A stretch of 63,897 nucleotides of DNA, filler included, from Barthelona sp. PAP020 (lineage: Eukaryota), in assembly GCA_040182905.1 (NCBI GenBank). It is 4 parts of 4 records of this genome, joined end to end, with 100 filler letters (N's around TTAATTAATTAA, not from the genome) between each part and the next. Parts side by side here need not be neighbours in the genome. Positions count along the whole stretch, not along the records: positions 32,217 to 48,124 come from JARQWU010000269.1; 3 more parts are not named here. One strand, given 5' to 3'. This document shows, piece by piece, positions 32,344 through 43,100 of this stretch (positions are counted from its first letter, which is position 1; every line of letters begins with the position of its first letter). The notes under the pieces were generated by a model that searched no databases, had not been told where the DNA came from, and worked only from the letters and a program-made list of their open reading frames with translations. A program made the translations under genes and the position numbers.

Positions 32344-33609
32344 TTAATTTTCAGAATTTACCTTATCATAAGCATCAACAATAGCAACATTAACGTCATG
32401 TCTCAAGTGATTGCAATGAGCTGAATCATTTGGAAAAGCTCTGTTTGTAAGAATAACACTGGTAATCTGTCTCACAGGGTCGTTACATATTTGTGTTCCC
32501 GTATAACCTAAATGTAAGAACGTTTGAATAGGTGTCATGGTACCACAAGTTGACCAGCCTTCTGATGCAGTATCCCAACCCAAAGCTCTACTGCTGCCTT
32601 CAGGTTGATTTCTTCGTTTTCCAAAGAAAGCAATTGTAGTTTCATTCAATAAATTGTTGCTGTGAATCATTTTGGCAAATTTTCCCATATCAACAATATT
32701 GGTGTACAACCCAGCATGTCCATGCCATCCACCAGATGCATATGCATTTCCATCACTCACTACTCCCTGCAGTAGAACATTGCGATATCCAACATCTCTC
32801 CACTCAGGTACACATCTGTTATATTCAGACATAGGGGGTCTAAACATACTATCCTTCATATTTAGAGGTTCAAAAATATACTTACGAACATAAGCATCAT
32901 AATAACACAAAAGATCACTGGTGCATCCATATCTGAGATCGCTGGGCCTAACATATCCTAATCTTTGACTTAAAGTACCGATGACATACGCCATAGACAT
33001 CATTGAAATATCTGAATATTTGAAAACTTTTCCAACTGGATTTTGCAAAGTCAAATTTAAGAAAGCATCAAATATTTTTTGTTGACATGAATAACTCAAG
33101 GCAGGATATGTCTTACGAGTTTCTACACAGTCAAACTTCTTGGACCAAAATTGAGGAACTGGATCTGCGGTAAAACCAGCATTATGAAGCAAACAATTCC
33201 AAGAAGTGATTTTAGCTTTACCGTTTACACCAAATTTGGGTCCTAAAAGACGAGGATCGGCAAGAGGCATCTGTAAATCTAATTCTCCTCTTTGATAAAA
33301 TTGAGCAACGGCAGTGGTGGTAGCAACGACTTTAGTAACACTTGCCATATCAAAAAGAGTATCTTCAGTAACATCAGGATTTGTATTAGGATTTGCAGGA
33401 GGAAAAATTTTTCCATAAGTAAATTTACCAAATCCTTTTTGAAAAATAACTTCATTATCCTTATGAGAATAAACTAAAATGGCAGCACCAGGAGTAATTT
33501 TATTATTGATATAATCGTTAATCGTGTTTTCAACATTTGTGAAATCATATTCTGTTGAAGAAATAACAGTGAATAGTATCAACAAACCTATAAATGTTCG
33601 AAATATCAT
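32344..33609 (-). CDS. Secreted beta-lactamase-family (class C/EstB-like) serine hydrolase
   Basis: Signal peptide MIFRTFIGLLILFTVISS; FDMASVTK (SxxK), LLHNAG, FKYSD, GHAGLY, HLGYTGT, LTNR. Confidence 0.9.
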   Translation of the reverse strand: MIFRTFIGLLILFTVISSTEYDFTNVENTINDYINNKITPGAAILVYSHKDNEVIFQKGFGKFTYGKIFPPANPNTNPDVTEDTLFDMASVTKVVATTTAVAQFYQRGELDLQMPLADPRLLGPKFGVNGKAKITSWNCLLHNAGFTADPVPQFWSKKFDCVETRKTYPALSYSCQQKIFDAFLNLTLQNPVGKVFKYSDISMMSMAYVIGTLSQRLGYVRPSDLRYGCTSDLLCYYDAYVRKYIFEPLNMKDSMFRPPMSEYNRCVPEWRDVGYRNVLLQGVVSDGNAYASGGWHGHAGLYTNIVDMGKFAKMIHSNNLLNETTIAFFGKRRNQPEGSSRALGWDTASEGWSTCGTMTPIQTFLHLGYTGTQICNDPVRQITSVILTNRAFPNDSAHCNHLRHDVNVAIVDAYDKVNSEN

Positions 33610-33920
33610 GGAAAAAAAGGGGAATTTAATTATTTCCTTTTCTTTCCACAAAAAAAATCTTTGTTAAAAATTCAACACATATGTTTGTTTATTTTAAATG
33701 AGAATTGTTGAATAAGAATGCTATTTGCTGCAATTTTGAAGAAGTGAATTCACAAATATTTTTTGAAAGATAAAAAATTTCTTTTGTTAAAATAAACCAA
33801 AAAAAAAATAATAAATGGGTAGTTGTAAAATGATTTCTTTTATGATACAATTCTTGAATGTGAAAAAATTGATTAAATTTTTTTTTTGTATTTTTCCATT
33901 AATTTTTATCGATACATTAA

Positions 33921-35399
33921 ATGAATAGTAATGTTGGTCAAAAACAGTACAAACCATTAGATTCTTCAAATTTTTTTTCAAGGGTTGGTCAAATGTCTTC
34001 AAGTGGTGTGAGCACTCCAAAATATTTGTCCAAAATGCAAATGAAAACTAGTCCCCATCTTAGTCCAAAAAAAAGACACATCAAAGAGGAGGTTTTACCC
34101 AAAGGTCAAGTTATTGCACGTTTAATGAGTAAAAAGGCTTATAAGGATCGAAAAAAACCAAAATCATCCAGTTGTTTTCTTTCTGTGAAGACTTCTTTGT
34201 TTGAAAATTCCAATGATGTTCCTCCTGTAGGTTATATCACTCCAAATTTTCATTATATTGATCCTTCCAAAAAAAGTGCAAGAATTAAACCAAACACACG
34301 AGATATTACAAGTTGCACAAAGAAATTAACACCCCTTGAAATAAATGAAGAGGAAGATAATAAATCTGTTGTTGAACTTCCAGAATCGGCACCTCCAGTT
34401 TTAAAAACCAATACTCGTGTAACAACCATTCCTATTGCTGAAAAACCCAAACTGTTTAATGAAAGTGTTTATTGCGATCGATTTTATGATGTTTCTGATG
34501 CTAATAGACCATCGAGTGGAGGGATGATAAATATGAAAAAAGTTGTTGGAAGACCTGATAAAATAACTGTTGGTTGTTCTGCAATTTATAATGTTAATTA
34601 CAATTCTATTCGACCTGTTTCAAGTCCTGCACGTAATTTTTCACAGTTTACGAATCGGAAAGACATTTTTAAGCCATTAACACCTTTATCTGATGGTATT
34701 GAAAAGCCCTCTCAAAAAATACCTTCACTCACTTTGAAAAAAATAGTAGGCAGGGATGTTACAACTCCTAAAACTAAAAATGAAACAAATTTGGATGTAA
34801 ATAGAGGTGAAGAATATTTGAAGAAAAGGATTCGCTGTTGTCCCAAGTTTGAAAAGTTGACTCAAAGGAATTCTGAAAAGCTTTCTAGTTACTTTGAACC
34901 CAATGATCCTGAAATTGACGAATATATTCGACCTAAATCAGCATCATATCAATTTTCTGCTAAAAGCACGGGTAAAAAACAAAAAATTGAAGATAATTCT
35001 TTAGATTTTTCAGAAATATACAACCATAAAAGTTTTGAAAAAAATTTAATCAGAAACTTTGATAGTACCCCTGAAAAAAATCCATTGGCTAAGAATAAAA
35101 ATGATGAACCATATTCAGAGCGTATTTATGATATCAAAGAGAATCGAACTGTTTCTTCACCATCATTTGCCAAACAATACAAGCATAAAGATAAAGTAAC
35201 CACCTTGAACATCAGTTATGATTGGACCCAAGCATTTGATAAAAAAGGACCTGCAACTCCAACTTTAGACATGAAGAAAGTGGCCAACACAAATATGACT
35301 TTTAGATCTCATGCCACAGATCTTCAATATGATCCAAATTATGATTCAATTAGACCTCATATTAGTACAGCATCATTAAATATATCAGGTAGATCATAG
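33921..35399 (+). CDS. Basic low-complexity protein with repeated Y-x-P/V-N-Y/F-x-x-I-x-P motifs; possibly an axonemal/microtubule-binding SHIPPO-like protein
   Basis: 492 aa; PPVGYITPNFHYIDP, YNVNYNSIRP, YDPNYDSIRP. The function is a guess. Confidence 0.6.
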   Translation: MNSNVGQKQYKPLDSSNFFSRVGQMSSSGVSTPKYLSKMQMKTSPHLSPKKRHIKEEVLPKGQVIARLMSKKAYKDRKKPKSSSCFLSVKTSLFENSNDVPPVGYITPNFHYIDPSKKSARIKPNTRDITSCTKKLTPLEINEEEDNKSVVELPESAPPVLKTNTRVTTIPIAEKPKLFNESVYCDRFYDVSDANRPSSGGMINMKKVVGRPDKITVGCSAIYNVNYNSIRPVSSPARNFSQFTNRKDIFKPLTPLSDGIEKPSQKIPSLTLKKIVGRDVTTPKTKNETNLDVNRGEEYLKKRIRCCPKFEKLTQRNSEKLSSYFEPNDPEIDEYIRPKSASYQFSAKSTGKKQKIEDNSLDFSEIYNHKSFEKNLIRNFDSTPEKNPLAKNKNDEPYSERIYDIKENRTVSSPSFAKQYKHKDKVTTLNISYDWTQAFDKKGPATPTLDMKKVANTNMTFRSHATDLQYDPNYDSIRPHISTASLNISGRS

Positions 35400-35622
35400 G
35401 GTTTCTTTTGTATAATTTTATAAATATTCGATTGTATTTTTTTTTTTGTTCAAGATTTTTTTGATTTTTTTTTGAAAATACTTGAATTCTTTTAATAAAT
35501 ATTCAGTTGATTTTTAATAATAAAGGGTTTTGGAAGTTGGATCAACTGATTGATTTTCTTTTTTTTTAATGGGGATTTTTTTTCTTTTTTGATATATTTT
35601 TTTCCGAAAAATTGTACTTTAT

Positions 35623-36525
35623 ATGGATATAATAGTAGCATTTAATATTTTTAGATTAATTGGTTATATTTTATCCACTGTATTTTCTATTCGATATTTT
35701 TTAAAATGGTCTTCCATTTCAAACCCGAAAATTCGATATAAAACCTTTTTAACTTCTATTTTAGTCACTTCAATAAGTAATTTTATTTTTTATTTTTCCT
35801 TTTTTTACTAACTTTTTTTTCTTTTAGTTCTTGCTTTTCGTGTTATTATTGATATAATTCAAAGTGTTAACAAAACAAATTATGAAAATTTGACTTTTGG
35901 AGTCAGACATTTCATTTTTATCATATTTATGATTTCTTTTGGTATTTCTTTGTATCAAATTTTAATGACTTTCACTAAAACAATAAGAATGTTTCATCAA
36001 TTAGCTTGGATTTCTTTATATTTTAAAATATTTTTTCCTTTATTATTTTCTTCTGGTTTTATTTTTATTTTTGGTTCTTTGGGTGTATTAATATTCTTTA
36101 ATGTTTCTACTGAAAGTGAGACATTGAGTAATGTTACCATTTTTCTTTGGTATATTTATAACATTGCAATTGTTGTCTTTTTTTTTAATCTTTTTATTGC
36201 TTATCTATTGTGTGTAATTGCAACTTGGCCAACAAAAAACACTCCTAATACCAATAATGAAGTTAAAAATACGATGACTTGGTTAAGACGTTTAGGAGAG
36301 TGTTTTTGTGTTGCCTTATTTATAATGGCTATTACTTCTTTGTATTCTGTTGTAGATAAGGCTCCAAAGAATCGAATTGACTTGATTGGATTTAGTGTTG
36401 ATGATATCACATTATTTTTATATGAAATACTGACCATGTTTGCTCTTTTTTTCCCAATGATTGTTGTTGATATTATTTTAAATCTTTGGGGAGATTATAC
36501 AAATTTTTTCCGAGTAAAATTGTAA
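35623..36525 (+). CDS. Two-exon seven-transmembrane protein (join 35623-35776, 35828-36525; 283 aa), GPCR-like topology
   Basis: Removing the 51-nt GT-AG intron fuses ORFs 35623 and 35890 in frame (...VTSI-I-LAFRVIIDII...); seven hydrophobic segments. Confidence 0.82.
35777..35827 (+). other. Spliceosomal intron, 51 nt, phase 1
   Basis: 5' GTAATT; branch point TACTAAC at 35806-35812; pyrimidine tract; 3' TAG; contains the in-frame stop that ends the upstream ORF. Confidence 0.85.
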
Positions 36526-36561
36526 ATTTTTGAAATTTTATACATATATAATCAATACATT

Positions 36562-36657
36562 AATTATTTCCAAGCCAAGAAGCGTTGTGCGTATGAGTGA
36601 ATAAAAAAGAATGGTGTTTATTTGGTTAATGGCTTTCGAGGCCCAATTGATCTGTTG
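36562..36657 (-). repeat. Dispersed repeat family A, copy 3
   Basis: First ~50 nt are identical to the sequence from 39703; reverse complement of 65-150. Confidence 0.92.
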
Positions 36658-37132
36658 TCACAAAGAATTTTTCCAAAATGAAGGAAAAAACTTCAATATC
36701 TTGCTTCCTCAAAATTACAAAAGAACAGGAAAAGAAATGTTATCCTAAATTTATGTTTGTCTTCCAAAATTGATTCATCAGTTCAGTTGCCTTTCCAAAA
36801 GCTAAAATTTCTCCAAATATTCAACAATAAAAATTTCTGCTTTTCTTTTCTCTGAAAGTTAAATGAGTTGAACCAAACTAATTTGTTGATCAAGATTTTG
36901 AGACCAGCTTGATCAAAGGATCTTCAATTTTATAAATACCAAACTTCTTTCAAAAGAACGAAAACAGCAAGCTCATAGGTGAAATGAATGCATAAAGTCA
37001 TGGTAGGGGATGCAAAGGATTATTTTCAATTGAAAACACATGTGTTGGGAACTTAACGTTGTTGATAAATGGCTCATTGAATCAATTCAAATAGACCAAT
37101 CATGAGACAAGTGTAAAATGCAATGTGGAGTT

Positions 37133-38940
37133 TTACAGGTCTGAAGCAACGAATTCTTGTATTGGGACCTTCCTCTCAACATTGTATCCACTGCCCAACA
37201 AACGAGTTCCATCATGATTGAGAGCCACACACCAAATTACAATAGGTACACTCACTTTCTGCAACACTTGACCTGTTTCTCTTCGAATCACAGCAAATGA
37301 TCTGTCACAAGAACCAGAATATATCAATGAACCATCTTGGGAGAAGATGAATGAGTCTATATTGTCACTATGAACCTTGAACTTACCCAGCAACTCTCTA
37401 GATTCAACATCAAATATCCTGATTGTACCCACTTCATCACCTGTTGCCCAATAAGCACCATCGGGTGAAAAGTTGCCCGATCTAACCTTCTTTCCATCAT
37501 GACTCCACATGTGAAGCTCTTCATACGTCTCCAATGAAAACAACTTTGAACATCCATCAAGGCTGACAGATGCAAAGTGCTTCATGTTGGGGCTGATACA
37601 TACAGATTTAACATACTTTTTATGTGCTCGAGATTCATGTAACTTCTGTCCTTCCACTGTGTATATGGCAATGTAACCTAAATCCATACCAAAAGAAAGC
37701 AAATTGCCATCTGGCGAGAACCGTACACATTCTAAATGGGTATGCATGCCTTCAATAACTCTTTGTGTTCTCCAAGTGTCAACCTCAATGACATGAATTG
37801 CTGGGCCACCACCACCAACAGCCAATAGGTTGGAGTCTGGACTGAAATTGAGACCCCGAGCACATAGATACTGCCCTTCATGCACAATTTCATGGGTTTC
37901 AGCATTGTAAACTCTAAGTAATTTACTAATTTGTCCTGAAACCGCAAAAAAACGTCCATTAGAGCTGTAATCAAGGGCATTAACTTGATTATGAGGAAAC
38001 TCCTCACTGAACACAGGCATTTCTACAAATCTTTCGACTGAACGAACAAATTGCTTTCTATTTTCAACAGATTCTTGTCCATAATTACTGTTTATAAGGT
38101 CTTTCAATTGGCTTGTCAAATTATATACTTGATTTCCTAATTCTTGATTTTTATTCATCCATTCTTTTTCTTTAGCTTCAAAATCCGCAACTTGCTTTGT
38201 CAAACTTTGAACCTTCTCTTCATAAATCTTGTTTTCCTCCTTTAACACAGCATTCTCCTTCATCAACCTCTTCTCGTCGAATCCCAACCCCTCGAAACGC
38301 TCAATCAGCATCTGCAAATACTCAGTGATCTCGCTGAACGTTGGCCTTGCAGCTGCCTCAACAGTCAAACACCTCTTGATAATTCCAAACCGGTATTGCA
38401 TCCAACAATTCCTTGCCATACGGAAGTTGTTTCTTGATTAATTTTGCAATAACTTTCAACTCACTCAACCCCTCAAAGGGAACAAAACCAGACACTACCT
38501 GAGCCAACATAACACCAAAGGACCAGGCGTCAACAGCAGTTCCTATTATATTCTCCTCTTCATTGGGCAACTCAGGAGCAGCATATCTCGCAGTACCCAT
38601 CATCGAATTGGCTGAACACCTGCTTGCATCACGAACAAGCCCAAAATCGGCAATTGCAGGTGTATACACACCATCAACTCCACGTCTCAACAAAACATTA
38701 TTTGGCTTCAAATCTCTATGCATAACACCTTTTCCATGACAAAACTCAAGCGCAGATGAAACTTGCCTCATAATAATCAATTTCTCCTTCAAAGATAACA
38801 CTGGTATCATTTCTTCAAAAACAGAATCACAATATTCCATAACAATACCTTTATTCCCGTCAATTTCAGTAACTCCAAAAACTTGTCGAATAAATGAATG
38901 ACCCAACACCATGGCAAAACATTCTCGATCAAGTTCATCT
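37133..38940 (-). pseudogene. 5'-truncated, frameshifted kinase-WD40 paralog of 17300-19321
   Basis: Homology starts at DELDRECFAMVLGH with an in-frame TAA two codons upstream, so the Gly loop and VxVK are missing. A frameshift near 38390 (ccg g ttt versus cct ggg ttt in the paralog) separates ORFs 38358-38912 and 37133-38419. Confidence 0.85.
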
Positions 38941-39500
38941 TTTTAAAACATTTTTTCAACTTCATTTTTAGCTTTCTGTTAGATTTCAATTTATTGTATT
39001 ATTCAAAAAAATGGTTAGCATTTTGTTGCTTTTTTGTTATTTACCTGAGAAGAACTGTTTCTTTTAAAGAAATTTCCAAAAATCATGATTTTTATGGACC
39101 GTTGAATTTATAAGTATTGACATCACTCAAGATGTGCTGAATTCTTTTTCCTTTTGAAGAAAGCTCTTCAATGTAGATAAACTTCAAATATTTTACTTTT
39201 GCTTCTGTACAGTATCAAAATACAATATGCACGTTTATTATTCTTGATTGAATGTATGGATAATAATAGCTATTTACTTTTTTGAGTTGGCACAGCGAAA
39301 TTTTCCACATCTGAACATATTAAACTCGTGCAGGTTTCAGAAATTGTATTGAAAGAAAGTAACAGTTTACACCAGAGCCCCATCAATGTGAAAGGGAAAT
39401 TTGGCAAGTGGCAAAGAAAGAGAATTTTTTTTCCCAAACTTTCAAAAGTTTCAAATTACCTACATCCTAAATTGTTGTTGTGATAGTCCGGTTCGCAAAA

Positions 39501-39523
39501 ATTATTATTATTATTATTATTAT
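39501..39523 (+). repeat. (ATT)n microsatellite
   Basis: attattattattattattattat. Confidence 0.8.
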
Positions 39524-39702
39524 TTTTTTGTTATTTAAAACAAGAGGGAAAGAAAGATCACGCTGCTAACATCTCAACTACTACCCCCAAACAAACCCCA
39601 CACATCTAAGAGTTGGATACAAACTGTTCAGAATTTATTGTTGAAATCTCATTGAATAAATGCAATAATTTAACAAATGGACCACTACTTCTAACATCTT
39701 TC

Positions 39703-39904
39703 AATTATTTCCAAGCCAAGAAGCGTTGTGCGTATGAGTGAATAAAAAAGAATAGTTTATTTGGTTAATGGCTTTCGGGACCCGATTGATCTGTTGAAAA
39801 ACTTTAGATTTTCTAAGGTAAAGTTCAAACTTTAAAATTTTGCTTTTGCAAAAATTCAAAAAAAAAAAATTGAAACGGAAAATTTTTCCAAAATTTTCAT
39901 ACTT
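39703..39904 (-). repeat. Dispersed repeat family A, copy 4 (longest)
   Basis: Aligns with copies 1 and 3 over the core and with copies 2 and 5 over the extension. Confidence 0.92.
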
Positions 39905-40105
39905 GATGAGCAAGATTCAATTACAGCCACACCTTTTCAGTGACTGAGATTTGAGGGAATGAGTTTTCTTTGATTGCTTTTTCTTTACAAATAAATTTAG
40001 TTGTTTCACAACTGGACCAAAATAAAAGAATTTCCAACAAAAAATAAACACAAAAAAAAAAAGAAAAAAAGAAAAAAGAAAAAAAATGTTGTGTTGTTAT
40101 TGTCT

Positions 40106-43100
40106 TTATCTTACAATTGGGTCAATGAATAATTGTTGATCTCCTTTAAATTTATCATCTAATTGACTATTAGAACCTAAATGAAATCTATTTTGATGTA
40201 TTCTTATATCCCTTTTTAATTCTGCTTGTGTTTTTGGTTTGTGAAACTTTGCTTTTTTATTTAAACTGTTTTCATTGTTTTTTTCAAAATTTGAATAATT
40301 TTGAAAAGTTTTTCCCGAATTTTCAAGCATGTTGTTTAACGAGTATAATTTTTCTGAATTGGGTAATTCATATTGATTTCTATTGTTTAAAACATTCATA
40401 ACAGGTAGAGGTACAGCTTTTTGTTGTATAGGTGAAAATATATTTAGAGAGATGTTACCATTCCACAAATCTAACTCTCTTTTAGATTTTTTTTCTTTAT
40501 TTGATGCGGTTGACATTGAATTCATTTTCATACTTTGACTGTTATTTTGAGAATATTTCTTGCTTCTTTTACCTAAAGATTGAGATTGAGGTTGATTACT
40601 ATTGTTCATAAAAGATCGAGTTGAATCATGTGTGGTATTTTCTCTGGCACTTAAAGGTATTTTTGACACAGTGAAAACTGATTTTTCACTTGAAGAACTA
40701 TGTTTATATTCCCTTGCTGTTAAAGGTAATCGAGAAACAGGTATAATTCCCGTACCTAACATATTTTGAATTTCTTTAGAAGTTCCACCAAAACTAATTT
40801 CATCATAATCTTCAGGTTCAAAAGGAGTTCTTAAAAGAGGTTTTGAAGCTAATGCTGGAGGTCTGATAAGATCATCAGGTGCTGTAAGAGGAATTGGTGG
40901 GATAATTCTTTCATCTTTTGTTTTTTTGGGTGAATATACATGTTTATTCATGGATATAGTAGTTAACATTCCCGTATGTTGGTTATTATGTTGGTATTTT
41001 TCACCACCAGATAAAGTCTTAGCAGCTGCCATAACGTTTGTTAAATTTCTGAGTCTTTCCTTTAAAATTTCTTTCTTTTTAATTTTCCAACGATTACTTG
41101 CTTCGACAGTTCGGTTACGCATTCGATATAACGTACGAGTCATAGGATCTTTTATTTGCTCTATTTTTTCGGGATCAACCAAACCCCTAATGTTAACAGT
41201 GATATCCACATCATCAACCTCAGGAACAGGACATTGTCGAATGGCATCTGACAAATCTTGCAGTTGCTCTTGCAAACGAATCTCTTCTTCCAAAACAAGA
41301 TGATAATTCTCATTATATTCTTGATCTTGTTTCATATGTGTTTGTAAAATTGATTCTCTTATCTTTTTGGGACTGTTTGACAACGTGATAGAAAAGTCAT
41401 CAGTATCAATGTAATCATTCAAATCAAAAGGAACATGTTCTATGATGTGTTCTTTCTGTTCAAATGTTTCATTCAAACCATTGTTATTTTGATGAGGGTT
41501 ATTTGACCTTTTGATTCCAAGTAATTCAGTTGGATCAATTACACTATTGTCCCAAACTGATTCAGGATCATCTAATTTGCTGTTACGTCGATCGGTTTTA
41601 TTAAGTGAAGTTTCTTCAGTGGAATTAGGTCTGTTTGCTTTTGATTTTGTCACAGATGGAATTTCAACATTGACTTGAACATTATCATTGGAATTTCCTT
41701 TATTCATATTCTTTGTCTCTTTGTCATCATCATTGTCACTTTCATTGTAATTATCAATCGGTTTTGATATTGTTTTACCATTCAAATTTGAATGTTGACC
41801 TGCAGAAACAATACTTGTATGATCAAGACTAGGCAATGGCAAATTGTTTTTTTCAATTTCTTGGTCAGTTTTGTTCATTGAATTTCGACTGGAATGGCGA
41901 CTTGAATGACGACTTCCATATTTAGAATCATTAATAATATCATGATCATCATCAAGTGGGATATTTTCAACATTCTTTTTTAATTGAATGTTAATGGGTG
42001 TTGAAGGTGCTTTATCCAAAGAAAATGCGATTGTTTTTCTTAAATCATTCAAATCATCCATTAAATCATCTAAATCATTTGTATTTTCAATAAAAATAGG
42101 TCTTTGAAGTTCAATGGGAACATCAATCCCCGCATCAACTAATCCATCAATGATTTCTGCAGTGATCCGATTTATCTCTGTTTGAACCACCTCTTCTTCA
42201 GCCTTACTGTTGTTATTTACTTCACTTAGTTGATTGGCTAATAATAAACAAATACCACTCAAATCTTCAAATCCAATCTTCTCTTTCCATTCAAGAGGAT
42301 CTAAAGGTAAGGAATTTAAATAAGTATACACGTATGATCGAATTGAAGGTTCAATTAAATCAACAATACCATCGTTTTTGAAGTGATTCTTAAACATAAA
42401 CAAATAATCATGTAATATTCCTTCAATTGCAGGACTTAAATTGCTTGGAGGTTGTTTAAATTTAGATAGATCCATATCTACAACTAACTTTGGTGTTTTA
42501 GGTGTTTGAGGTTTACTGTAAGTCATTTGAAGATTAGTTTTGGAAGGTATTCTTTTGGAAAAAGAGGATGAATCAATTTGATCATCATCAGCAAAAATAT
42601 TGATATTTTCTATATTAATGGCCTCCGTTTGTGTAAATTTCTCTACAGATTTTTCTTTTCCAGCATTTATCACTTCATTTGAATCAGGAACTGTTTCCAA
42701 TAAATTTTGAACTCTGATAAACCGTTCTTCAATGATTCGAACTAATCCTCCATCTGAAAAGCTATCTTTAATGTTCAATATTGCTTTTGCTATTACTGCC
42801 AAATCAGGATCCAACATATTAGTGGTTGTTTCTAATGAAGCAAAAGAGTTAAGCAATAATTCTTTAGTATTTGAATCCAAATTCTTCTGAAATTCATCAA
42901 ACTTTAATTCAGAAGGAGGAGAATAACCATTATTAGCACGGATCAATACTTTTTCTAAAACCAATAACCCTTCCCCTTTTAAACGATCAGGTAATCCCAT
43001 CAACTGTTCAAAATATACAGGTAAACATATCTTTAATCCATTTTGTACATTCTTTAACATGTTGAGTTCTTTGTGAGCTGTTTCATTTAAGCTGGAATTC

